Origin: an uncultured Myxococcales bacterium
GTDB taxonomy: Bacteria > Myxococcota_A > UBA9042 > UBA3505
Assembly: GCA_964594295.1 (NCBI GenBank)
Contig: CAZQPP010000001.1
Span: forward strand, 5,039-69,038
Direction of reading: 5' to 3'
DNA: 64,000 nucleotides
Numbering within the stretch: position 1 is the stretch's first letter; each line of letters opens with the position of its first letter. This document shows positions 63,805-64,000 of the stretch, one piece after another. The notes under the pieces were generated by a model. It did no database searches and was not told where the DNA came from. It was given only the letters and a program-made list of their open reading frames with translations. The translations under genes and the position numbers were made by a program.

Positions 63805-64000
63805 CAGCGCAAGACCGCCCCTGTCCCGTGACGACCTCGCGGCCTGGTTCGCTGCCGGCGGCAAGCCCGCGGAGCGGTGGCGCATCGGCACCGAGCACGA
63901 GAAGTTCCCCTTCCACCTCGATGACCTGCGCCCCCTCGCCTACGACGGCGAGCCGGGAATTCGCACCCTGCTCGAGGAGCTGGCCGGCCGTTACGGATGG
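63797..64000 (+). CDS. gshA: Glutamate-cysteine ligase, GCS2/plant-type family. Partial: the 3' end lies beyond the window.
   Basis: Hand translation from GTG ~63797: VPDSARPPLSRDDLAAWFAAGGKPAERWRIGTEHEKFPFHLDDLRPLAYDGEPGIRTLLEELAGRYGW. RxGTEHEKF is the GCS2 N-terminal signature. Not in the ORF track because it runs off the window. Confidence 0.6.
   Translation, partial: MPDSARPPLSRDDLAAWFAAGGKPAERWRIGTEHEKFPFHLDDLRPLAYDGEPGIRTLLEELAGRYGW

Noticed and set aside
63361-63891. Upstream 177-aa extension of the OmpA-like ORF
   Set aside because: Gly/Ala/Arg-rich with no signal peptide. A TTG-initiated signal-like sequence (LNWAGFAPLLAATRVLW) begins near 63360. The start codon is uncertain.
1-64000. 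Mobile elements (IS/transposase, integrase, terminal inverted repeats) and CRISPR arrays
   Set aside because: No transposase-like or integrase-like translation and no repeat-spacer periodicity seen. Island boundaries are inferred only from gene remnants (DnaE fragment, methyltransferase fragment, STAND fragment).

Overview
This 64 kb window is about 70% GC and gene-dense. It frequently uses GTG/TTG start codons, and adjacent genes often overlap by 4 bp at their stop and start codons (ATGA), which suggests translational coupling. The gene content (many WD40–Ser/Thr-kinase proteins, a TIR-NACHT protein, large TPR/HEAT proteins) suggests a myxobacterial-type chromosome, but that is an inference. 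There are no rRNA, tRNA, CRISPR or transposase genes. Almost the whole window reads as a conflict/defense island made of several independent modules.

(1) Positions 1-13400, minus strand: a seven-gene overlapping operon encoding a HEPN-like pseudokinase, a TPR protein, a CHAT (caspase-like) protease, two small proteins that look like a degenerate J-domain protein and a short GrpE, and two tandem Hsp70 paralogs. I do not recognise this as a described system. It is my top candidate for the novel system.

(2) Positions 16313-31824, minus strand: a MoxR/vWA 'ternary'-type operon. It contains two AAA+/vWA pairs, a HEAT-repeat protein and a 1672-aa giant protein that fuses a tubulin/FtsZ-like domain, a macro domain, a degenerate HEPN-like domain and an active Ser/Thr kinase.

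(3) A TIR-NACHT-WD40 protein and a HEPN-like-kinase-WD40 protein that share a recently duplicated WD40 module.

(4) An RNA-ligase / small S24-like / MoxR trio, convergent with an orphan 1742-aa HEAT-HExxH-vWA protein. A ~900-bp non-coding gap with a terminator-like hairpin lies between them.

(5) An abruptly truncated DnaE-like polymerase gene. It abuts a block made of a sigma-region-4 HTH protein, a HerA/TraG-like ATPase, a small ORF and a GmrSD-type (DUF262/DUF1524 + DUF262) type IV restriction pair.

(6) Housekeeping-like genes near the right end: metallophosphoesterase, M48-TerB peptidase, OmpA-like protein, partial gshA. A methyltransferase remnant sits just before gshA.

All functional calls rest on motifs I could read directly in the translations. 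No database search was run. My hand-derived coordinates may be off by ±1-3 nt.
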